DNA of 64,000 nt from an uncultured Clostridia bacterium (lineage in GTDB: Bacteria > Bacillota > Clostridia > TANB77 > CAG-508): NCBI GenBank assembly GCA_949746675.1, contig CATKDT010000033.1, positions 2,032 to 66,031 on the forward strand. The letters are read 5' to 3'. A program made the translations under genes and the position numbers. The notes beneath the pieces are model-generated. The model did no database searches. It was not told where the DNA came from and saw nothing but the letters and a program-made list of their open reading frames with translations. This document shows, piece by piece, positions 41,257-49,533 of the stretch. Every line of letters starts with the position of its first letter. Position 1 is the first letter of the stretch.

Positions 41257-43673
41257 ATGAAAAAATTTTTATTACAATTTTAATATTTATTCAAATATTA
41301 AGTTATTGTGCAACAAGTATTGCATGGGCAATTACTGAAAAAAATGAAGCTGTTAATGAAAGCGATGAGACAATTCAAAAGGAGGATATGGTTACTCCTA
41401 AAGAAAATGACATAAAGGAGACTTTAACAGAAGATTTTGAAGGTAATAAACTTGAAGAAAATAAAAAGGAGAATTTTATAAGCAACAAATTGGAAGAAAA
41501 TATTACAGAGGAACTTGAAAAGGATGAGGAACAAAATAAAAAGGAAGAAGAAAAAAGTGACGAAAACATAAATAAGGAGAATGTTAAAGTATTTGAAGAA
41601 CAAAATGCAGAAAATTCTTCAGCTGAAGAAGATAACGATACAGAATATAAAATTTTAACGTTTAAATATAATGGTAATCCAATGCAAATAAACCTAACAG
41701 AAGAAATGGTAGGAACAAATTTAAATGATTATCATTATTACATTGTAAAAAAAATAAATAATACATATTTAGAATTATATTATAGTGATAGTAGATTTTA
41801 TTCAAGAGTCAATGCAAGTGATGGTGCACAAGCTATACAGGGGGGAGCAAGAACAATTGTAGTTGGTATAAACCTAAACAATGCTATAATAGGAATAAAT
41901 TTTAGTGATTTAGTCTCAAATTCTATGATAATGAATATAAACCAATGTGTTGCTACAAATCAGAATATATATTATGGAGGAAGTGTAATAATATATAAAA
42001 ATTGTGGATATGAATATGATGAAGAAAATGAAACAGAAGAAACATGTGATGAATTGGTTAAAATAAAAGTAAATACAAATGCACATAAGAAACCAGGAAT
42101 TGAGTAGGATCCATTTGAGATAAAAGAGGGAACAATAGTAAAAAGGATAAAAAAAGCAGTAAATGAATATGGATATGTATGGGATAAGATAGAGTTATGC
42201 GATGGAAGAGCATTATATATAGATACACAACAATTAGAACAAATAAGTAAAGAGGATGCAAAAGAAATAAAATTTTTGTACAATGATACAATGTATAACA
42301 TATATTTATCTTTAACAGAATTTGGAGCAGACATGAATAACTATCATTATTATTTGGTAAAGAATATAAATAATACAAATTTAGAAGTGTATTATAGCGA
42401 TAGAAGATTTTGTTCAGTAGTCGACTCAGAAGATGGTGGAGTTTTACAGGCTGGGTCACCAACAATAATAGTTAATATAAACTTAAAAAATGGATTAACA
42501 GAAAAGTATACTAGAGATTTACTATTTAATTACCTGGGAATAACTACAAATGAATGTGTTGCAACAAATCAAGATATTTATTATGGAAACAAATTGATAT
42601 TTAAAACAACAGACTATATGAGCAAGTATAATGAGCATATTAAGTTAGCCAAAGCATACCTAAAATATTATAGAATAAATAATTTTAACGAGGATATTAA
42701 CGATGAATATACAGAAGGATTTAGCACATCTTTGAAGGTATTTCAAAGCATAATGAGGTTAGTCCAAACAGGAGATATTGACAATGCAACATTTAATGCT
42801 ATGCAATTTAATGATAGTAATAATTATAATACATTTTTAAAAATAATAGAGAATTATAATGTGCATAAAAATCCGTATGGACCAATGCCATATACAGTGG
42901 AAAAAGAAGAAGATCAAAGATATGCTATAGAGTATGAATTAGGTAGAACAAAAGCTGAATATGATGACATAGACTATTGCAAAAAACAAGAATCAAGATT
43001 TAATTGTATGACGGAAGAAGAAAGAGAAAAAAAAAGAGAATTTTTAGATATAACTGCAACTGCATTATATACACTGGGAGATTCCACTAGAACATTACTT
43101 CCAGAGGCATCAAAAGGGTTGATGACATTTTTATCAATGAATATAGATACTGAATATAGTGATTATGTATTAACAGAAGAACAAGTAAATAAATTATTTA
43201 ATAATTTACCAAATGATTATATTAAAACAAGTAAATATTTAGAACATACTGCGAAAGCAATAACATCAATGTTAACTGTAGATAAACTTACTACAGTTAG
43301 TATGATTAGACCATTATTATTAGAGGCAAAGCTTCTTCAAAGTCCAAATTGGTTTTTATTATTACAACATTATCAATTGAGTATAGAAGGAGAATGTTTA
43401 CGAATTAATGGAAATAATTATATGGCAAAATTAAATTGTTATATTAGAGATTATTATGATTTTGACAAAGTTGATTATTTAAAATATTATGAAAGTTTAG
43501 AAGAAGTGGAAGAAGATGAGAAAAGATTTGGAAAAGAAGATGTTGTATTATCAAGAGTAGCAGATCTTCATTATGCGGGGATGGCAAGATTTTACTATAT
43601 TGAAGGTAAAAGCGAAGAGATAATTTTAGACTGGAAAATTAATGAAAAAGGAGAAATAGAACAAGTTGATTAA
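41257..43673 (+). pseudogene. Large secreted multidomain protein interrupted by an A-run frameshift (41260-41265) and an in-frame TAG (42105-42107)
   Basis: The ATG at 41257 with RBS AAAGGGGAG is out of frame by 1 nt with a signal-peptide-coding frame (KKIFITILIFIQILSYCATSIAWA) that runs into ORF 41388-42107. That ORF and ORF 42276-43673 share one frame, with only one TAG between them. Recognisable parts are an acidic linker, 2 copies of a ~110-aa module, an SH3-like segment, a PG-binding-like segment and an unknown C-terminal domain. Confidence 0.55.
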
Positions 43674-44475
43674 TAAAAAGAAAAAATGGATAATAGTAGC
43701 AATGTTATTTATAATAATAACAATTATAGTAAGTATATTTGTAGCAAAGAAAATAGTTAATAAAGATAAAACAAGTAATATTAATAAACAAAATGATAGT
43801 AATGAATATAATATAATTGAAGAAAATAAAGCTAAAGAGATACCAACTGTACCATTTGACAAAGAAAAATATGACAAAGATATAAAATATTTAGCTGAAA
43901 ACGAGATGAATGGTATAGAAGAAAAGCCAATTATAATTATTAAAGATGAAAATAATAATGAATATATTATTACTGATAAAGATATAGAAATGTATAAATA
44001 TTTAGGGTCACGAGAAGAAGAGCCAGAAGAAAAAATAAAAAAATATATGATTGAATATAAAATATGTTATATAGAAGCACAAAAATTAGGAATAACACTT
44101 CCAAAAAGGCAATTAGATGAAATTGAAAAACTTTCAAATTTGGAAAGCAATTTAAAATATTTACAAAATAATGAGAATGCTAAAAATAAATATATAGAGA
44201 GAAAGCGTAATTACTTTTTACAACTTGATTATAGAAAAGAAATAATATGCAAAATAACAGATGAAATAACTGAGAATAAAATTTCAATTGATGATGTAAA
44301 TGTTAATGAAAAAATGAAAGAATATAATAAAAATATAGAAAACTTTTTAAAAATTAAAGAACCAACAGAAGAGCAAAGAACGGAAGCAGCAAAAAAAAGT
44401 ATAAGTTTGACAAATAAGATAATAGACTTATACTTAAAGGCAATAGAGAGTAAATATGTAGTTGAATATAAATAA
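43666..44475 (+). CDS. N-terminally membrane-anchored Lys/Glu-rich protein, function unknown
   Basis: It overlaps the upstream stop by 8 nt. The start is uncertain: the track start is a TTG and the RBS spacing is poor. The TM helix is WIIVAMLFIIITIIVSIFVA. Confidence 0.45.
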   Translation: MINKKKKWIIVAMLFIIITIIVSIFVAKKIVNKDKTSNINKQNDSNEYNIIEENKAKEIPTVPFDKEKYDKDIKYLAENEMNGIEEKPIIIIKDENNNEYIITDKDIEMYKYLGSREEEPEEKIKKYMIEYKICYIEAQKLGITLPKRQLDEIEKLSNLESNLKYLQNNENAKNKYIERKRNYFLQLDYRKEIICKITDEITENKISIDDVNVNEKMKEYNKNIENFLKIKEPTEEQRTEAAKKSISLTNKIIDLYLKAIESKYVVEYK

Positions 44476-44545
44476 ATTATTAGAATAGCATATTTTACAT
44501 TAATCCAGTAGTTGAGTTGCAAGAAATGAAAAACAATATATAACA

Positions 44546-44593
44546 AAAAACACAACAATATGGAAATTAAAAATCCAAAATTGTTGTGTTTTT
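44546..44593. terminator. Long hairpin / bidirectional terminator
   Basis: AAAAACACAACAAT ... ATTGTTGTGTTTTT, a 14-bp perfect stem with a ~20-nt loop. Confidence 0.55.
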
Positions 44594-44780
44594 GCTGTGA
44601 AAAAGTAAAGATACCCGACAAGTTTCGACAAACAAAAAAGAAAAAGTATGATAGAATAGATAAAATATTGTAAAATAAAACCATGTTAGGAGACAAAGAA
44701 ATATGGAAGAAAACCAATTAATAACTAATGAGGAATTATCACCTTAAACGAAGAACAAAACATCGTAAGAAGGAGAAACA

Positions 44781-45497
44781 ATGTTAGATAAATTATTAAA
44801 TATATTATTTCCACCAAGATGTGAATTATGTGATACACTAGGAACATATATATGTACAAAATGTTATAAAGAACTAAAAAAATATGAATTAGAAAATAAT
44901 GAAAAAGAAGAAAAATTTTTTCTATATAAATATGAAGAGCAAATAAGAAAACTGCTCATAAAATATAAATTTAATGGAAAGGGGTATTTATGTAATTTAT
45001 TTTCAAATTGTATTCTAAATGATAAAAGTGCTTGCAAATTCATAAATAGCTATGACCTAATAATTCCAGTTCCATTACATAGAAAAAGAAAAAATGAAAG
45101 AGGATATAATCAAAGTGAATTGATTGCAAGAAAAGTAGTAAAGGAATTGCAAGAAAATATTTCAGCGAAAGAGTTTCAAAAGGACAATATACCCAATATT
45201 AATGAAAATAATTTTACGTACCAAAATTCACAAAAATATATTAAACTAAACACAAAGTTACTAGTAAAAATAAAAAACACAAAACCTCAAAGCACACTAA
45301 AATTACCAGACAGAATAAAGTCAGTAAAAGGAGCATATAAAGTTAAAAATCCAGAAGTAATAAAAGGAAAAAAGGTACTTATATTTGATGATATATATAC
45401 TATGGGTAACACTTATAATGAATGCAAAAAAGTATTAATAGAAGCGGGAGCAGAAGAAGTAGGAATATTTACAATAGCAAGAGATTTTATGGAGTAA
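44781..45497 (+). CDS. comFC: ComF family protein (ComFC-type phosphoribosyltransferase-like)
   Basis: N-terminal zinc-finger-like FPPRCELCDT..ICTKCYKEL, then PVPLHRKRKNERGYNQSELIA and the PRT motif VLIFDDIYTMGNT. Confidence 0.8.
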   Translation: MLDKLLNILFPPRCELCDTLGTYICTKCYKELKKYELENNEKEEKFFLYKYEEQIRKLLIKYKFNGKGYLCNLFSNCILNDKSACKFINSYDLIIPVPLHRKRKNERGYNQSELIARKVVKELQENISAKEFQKDNIPNINENNFTYQNSQKYIKLNTKLLVKIKNTKPQSTLKLPDRIKSVKGAYKVKNPEVIKGKKVLIFDDIYTMGNTYNECKKVLIEAGAEEVGIFTIARDFME

Positions 45498-45603
45498 AGT
45501 TAAATTGCTATAAAAGTTAAAAGGCATTAAGATAGAAAAAATATAGACAAAAATATATCCAAATTATTTTGTAAAAATAACTAAAAAAATAAGAAAGATT
45601 TTC

Positions 45604-45633
45604 TAGACTTTTTTATTTTTATTATGATATAAT
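45604..45633 (+). promoter_or_regulatory. Candidate promoter (extended -10) for the KAP NTPase gene
   Basis: TAGACT (45604-45609), an 18-nt spacer, then TGaTATAAT (-10 at 45628-45633). A 9-bp inverted repeat ATAGTTTGA (45638-45646) / TCAAACTAT (45680-45688) lies just downstream. Confidence 0.4.
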
Positions 45634-45720
45634 CACCATAGTTTGACAAACAATTACATAATTATATTTACAATTAAGTTCAAACTATAAGCACACAAAT
45701 GGGAAGGAGTAAAAAACTAA

Positions 45721-47676
45721 ATGGAAGAACTAGTGGAGAGCATATTAGACTACGTAAGAGCAGATTATACAGATTATGCTATAATGATAAATGGTGAATG
45801 GGGTAGTGGTAAAACATATTTCTGGAATAATAAGATAAGAAACAAATTAGAATCAATGAAAGTTGGAGACAAAAAAGTAACAACAATTTATATGTCATTA
45901 TATGGAATATCTAATTTGGAAGAAATTAGTAAAAAAATATTCATTGAAACTACACAACTAATGGATAAGAACCTTAGAAAATATATGAATGCTAGCGGAA
46001 GTAATTCAATACCTGAATATGCCAAAACAGGTCTTGATATGGCTAACCTTTTTGGAATAACACAAAATGATGATAGAGTAAACTATGCAGACTTTTTCTC
46101 AACCGACGACAAAGTACTTTGCTTTGATGACTTAGAGAGAGCAAATGTTGACGTTATAGATATACTAGGATACATAAATAATTTCGTAGAACATGATCAC
46201 ATAAAAACTATAATTATATGTAATGAAAAAGAACTATCAACAAAACTAAAAAGCAGTAATCTAGAAATGAAAACATTTATTGCAACATATTTACTAGACA
46301 AACAAAATAAAATAATGACAACAGACAAGCCAATGGTAGAAAAGATAAAAGACACTATTGAAGATGTGTTTGATAAAGCAAATGACTATGAAAGAATTAA
46401 GGAAAAATTAATAGGTGAAACATTTGAATACAAACCAGAATTCACATATATTATAAATGGTATTTTGATGAGATATGAAAAATATCCAGACTTAATACGT
46501 TTTTTAAGAACAAATACATCACTAATAATAGCAACTTTTGAAAAGAGTGAAACGAGAAACTTACGTATATTAAAACATGCTCTAGCAGACTTTAAGAGAA
46601 TATTTGACGTGGTAACAAAAGCATATCCAAATACAAACAATAGAGTATTGCAAACAATGCTAATATTTACAATAGCAGTATCATTTGAAATAAAAGCAGG
46701 AAAAATTACAAAAGACAAATTAGCATATATTAACAACAATGATGAGTATAAATCAATAGTAGTATCATCAAAAGTATTTTTAGATAATAGACAATTCTAT
46801 ATAAAAGAATTTGATAACAATTACTATTACAATTTCAAAGCAGAATATAGATTTTTCAAATTTATTGAAGTATTCATAAGAACAAGAATTATGGACATGA
46901 AGATATTTAAAACTGATATGGAAGATGTACAAAGAGTTGAAGATATACTTAACGTTCCAGGATACAAACGTCTGCTTACAGAAGAATATTGGAAAATATC
47001 TGATGATGAATTTCCAAAAGTTATCGATGATGTACTTACAACAGTTAAAAATGGGGAAGTATCAATACTTAATATTGTAAAATTATATACATATTTCGTA
47101 TATTTCATAAACAAAGGATTGATTGACTATGATATGCAATCAATTAGAAGTTTATTTATAAATGGAATGAATATATCATCACTAACTTCAGAATATTGTG
47201 AAAACGCAAAAGAAGAATTAAGCAATATATATGGAGAAGGCGAAAATTATGATATGAAAGAAATCGTTGATAGATTTTATGAGTTAAATTCACAATTAAA
47301 AGATAAAATGTATCAGGAAAAGGCTGTTGATATATTTAAGAATATACCTATGAAAATGGAAGTATTCTATGAAAGATTTGATAAAGAATGTATGAATGTT
47401 CCAATATTTAAGTACAGTGATCCATATCAAATATTCCAAAGAATATCATGTGCAAGTAATGAAGATGTTGTTACAATTAAGGAGAAGTTGCTTACTCGTG
47501 CAAAACAAAAACCTTCAATTATATTACAAGAAACTGATAATATGAGAAAGCTATGTCAAATAGTTGATGATTATATTGCAGACAAAAAGACGACGATAAA
47601 AACAGTTATTTTAGCAGAATTTTCAAGTGAAATCAAAGACACACTAACACCAGTAGGACGAGAAGAAGACGAATAA
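45721..47676 (+). CDS. KAP-family P-loop NTPase
   Basis: YAIMINGEWGSGKTYFW (Walker A in KAP context) and KVLCFDDLERANVDVIDILGYINNFVE (Walker B plus the KAP-typical following helix). A long helical C-terminal region follows with no TM insertion. Confidence 0.75.
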   Translation: MEELVESILDYVRADYTDYAIMINGEWGSGKTYFWNNKIRNKLESMKVGDKKVTTIYMSLYGISNLEEISKKIFIETTQLMDKNLRKYMNASGSNSIPEYAKTGLDMANLFGITQNDDRVNYADFFSTDDKVLCFDDLERANVDVIDILGYINNFVEHDHIKTIIICNEKELSTKLKSSNLEMKTFIATYLLDKQNKIMTTDKPMVEKIKDTIEDVFDKANDYERIKEKLIGETFEYKPEFTYIINGILMRYEKYPDLIRFLRTNTSLIIATFEKSETRNLRILKHALADFKRIFDVVTKAYPNTNNRVLQTMLIFTIAVSFEIKAGKITKDKLAYINNNDEYKSIVVSSKVFLDNRQFYIKEFDNNYYYNFKAEYRFFKFIEVFIRTRIMDMKIFKTDMEDVQRVEDILNVPGYKRLLTEEYWKISDDEFPKVIDDVLTTVKNGEVSILNIVKLYTYFVYFINKGLIDYDMQSIRSLFINGMNISSLTSEYCENAKEELSNIYGEGENYDMKEIVDRFYELNSQLKDKMYQEKAVDIFKNIPMKMEVFYERFDKECMNVPIFKYSDPYQIFQRISCASNEDVVTIKEKLLTRAKQKPSIILQETDNMRKLCQIVDDYIADKKTTIKTVILAEFSSEIKDTLTPVGREEDE

Positions 47677-47682
47677 AATAAA

Positions 47683-47712
47683 AAAGCTTGGAACATTTCA
47701 GTTCTAAGCTTT
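47683..47712. terminator. Bidirectional terminator between the convergent KAP NTPase gene and spoVT
   Basis: AAAGCTTGGAAC-atttca-GTTCTAAGCTTT, a 12-bp stem with one G.U pair, flanked by A and T runs. Confidence 0.6.
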
Positions 47713-47745
47713 ATACTTTATAATTAAGGGAGAAATTAAAAAACA

Positions 47746-48303
47746 TTATATTTCCATTTGAGTTCCTAAAAAACTAGCTGCAACTTTAGCAACTTCAATT
47801 TCAGTAGAAGTCATATCTTTGGAAACATCTTTAGAAAGAATAATCACACTTCCAATAACTTCACTTGCAGAAATAATTGGTACTATAACTTGGGGTACTT
47901 TTTCTTTGGCAGACTTTTCCTTATCGCCTTTTGAAGTTATATAAATAGCTTTGCTATAATCAGCAACAAAAAATTCACGTTTATCTATTATTTTTTCTAA
48001 TGCTTCACTAATTGATTGTTCCAAATAATCTTTCTTAGGAGTGCCAGATACAGCTATAATAGAATCTTTATCAGTAACAATTGCAATAAAATTTGTAACT
48101 TTTGATAAACACTCAACGTATTCAGTTGAAAAATTTTGAAGTTCACCGATAGGGGAATATTTTTTTAAAATTATATCTCCTTCTTTTTCTGTAAATATTT
48201 CTAAAGGAGTTCCTTCTTTTATCCTTAATGTTTTTCTTATTTCTTTTGGAATAACAATTCTTCCTAAGTCATCAATTCTTCTAACTACTCCAGTTGCTTT
48301 CAT
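47746..48303 (-). CDS. spoVT: Stage V sporulation protein T (AbrB-type N-domain + GAF-like C-domain)
   Basis: MKATGVVRRIDDLGRIVIPKEIRKTLRIKEGTPLEIF followed by a ~130-aa C-terminal domain. The length is 185 aa. Confidence 0.9.
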   Translation of the reverse strand: MKATGVVRRIDDLGRIVIPKEIRKTLRIKEGTPLEIFTEKEGDIILKKYSPIGELQNFSTEYVECLSKVTNFIAIVTDKDSIIAVSGTPKKDYLEQSISEALEKIIDKREFFVADYSKAIYITSKGDKEKSAKEKVPQVIVPIISASEVIGSVIILSKDVSKDMTSTEIEVAKVAASFLGTQMEI

Positions 48304-48473
48304 TCAAAATACGTTCCTTTCTTTGCTCGTAAATCAATTATAATAGTTTTTGTAAAATTGTCACTATTGATTATGAGCGATTATTATTATGTTAGTATGT
48401 TACAAAATTAGAAAATTATTCAAAATAATTTGGAAAAAATTGAAGAACAAAAAGTAAGATTTTAAGAATACCT

Positions 48474-48502
48474 TTGACAAATTAAAATTAAAAGAGTATA
48501 AT
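48474..48502 (+). promoter_or_regulatory. Consensus sigmaA promoter for the 48594 ORF
   Basis: TTGACA (48474-48479), a 17-nt spacer, then TATAAT (48497-48502). Confidence 0.55.
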
Positions 48503-48593
48503 ATAAATCAAGTCATTTTTAAGAAAATAAAATCTTTCATGTTCGCTAGGCAACAAGGGAATGGATCTACAAATAATTTTGAGGAGGAGAAAA

Positions 48594-49331
48594 ATGGCTA
48601 ACAAAACAGTAGACTTGTCTTCACTAAAGAACAGTGCTGTACATATCTGTGAAGGTACAATAGCAGTGTTTCCTCATAAGGGAAGAGAAGAAGGGCTCAA
48701 ACTATCAGAAATGAAGAAAAAATTTAATGGGTGCTACTCTCTGCAAACTCCAACAGTAAGCTTCATTCATAATGGCGAAATGTATGCTATTCCGTATACG
48801 GAAATGGTTATTCGGTCGTTAAAAGCAGCTGGGTTAAAGAATGCAAATTTTTACGTGCCATTTAGTCATGGAGATTATCCAAAGGCACAAGCAGAAAAGT
48901 GGGTACATTTAAAAGAAATGGTAATCCAGTCTTATATTGATGACTTAATAGAGGATTGTATTACCTACAGTGACAAGAATGGTATAGGCAAACTGAAAGA
49001 AGAAACATTGAAGAACTGTATTGAACTTCCATTTATGGGGATTGCAGTAATAGGTGTAAATTATGAAACATGTTATTACCCAGTTTTAAACATTGGAAGA
49101 GGTGAAAAAGAGATTGAGTGCTATGTAGGCAAATATAACATTGAAGATCAGACTGTTATGTTTGTATATTGTGATGGCAAAACTTATTTGACCAAGGGAT
49201 ATGGCATTATAAGAGAATTGAAACATGCAGGATATACTGAAAAAAACATGCTAGTTCCACTTGCACACGGAGAAAAGATTAAAGACAAAGAACTTCAAAA
49301 AAGATGGGAGGCCATTAGAAGGTTAGTTTGA
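48594..49331 (+). CDS. Hypothetical protein built from two copies of a ~55-100-aa module
   Basis: The ATG follows GAGGAGGAG. The internal repeat is VSFIHNGEMYAIPYTEMVIRSLKAAGLKNANFYVPFSHGD...W versus VMFVYCDGKTYLTKGYGIIRELKHAGYTEKNMLVPLAHGE...W. It contains codons that are rare in neighbouring genes (CGG, TCG, CTG, GGG). Confidence 0.5.
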   Translation: MANKTVDLSSLKNSAVHICEGTIAVFPHKGREEGLKLSEMKKKFNGCYSLQTPTVSFIHNGEMYAIPYTEMVIRSLKAAGLKNANFYVPFSHGDYPKAQAEKWVHLKEMVIQSYIDDLIEDCITYSDKNGIGKLKEETLKNCIELPFMGIAVIGVNYETCYYPVLNIGRGEKEIECYVGKYNIEDQTVMFVYCDGKTYLTKGYGIIRELKHAGYTEKNMLVPLAHGEKIKDKELQKRWEAIRRLV

Positions 49332-49360
49332 TAGAACTGATGGTATCAGTTTTATCCGAT

Positions 49361-49389
49361 AAAGAGGTAAGCGAAAGCTAACCTCTTTT
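49361..49389 (+). terminator. Hairpin terminator with a GNRA loop
   Basis: AAAGAGGTAAGC-gaaa-GCTAACCTCTTT followed by TATAT. A second small hairpin AACTGAT-ggt-ATCAGTT lies at 49335-49351. Confidence 0.5.
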
Positions 49390-49533
49390 ATATAGTTTTA
49401 GAACAAAAATGATTTTGAGATGATTGATGATTGTTGATAGCACAATCTTATACTAATAAAATATCAAGCAATTGTCATATTTAAAACAAATAGTGCATAA
49501 GTTTAAATAAATACTATATTTAGGAGGAGAAAT

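Noticed and set aside
44560-44673. A 37-codon Cys-containing ORF (MEIKNPKLLCFCCEKVKIPDKFRQTKKKKYDRIDKIL) in the gap before comFC.
   Set aside because: It has no Shine-Dalgarno sequence, and its start lies inside the loop of the 14-bp terminator hairpin (44546-44593). It is most likely fortuitous.
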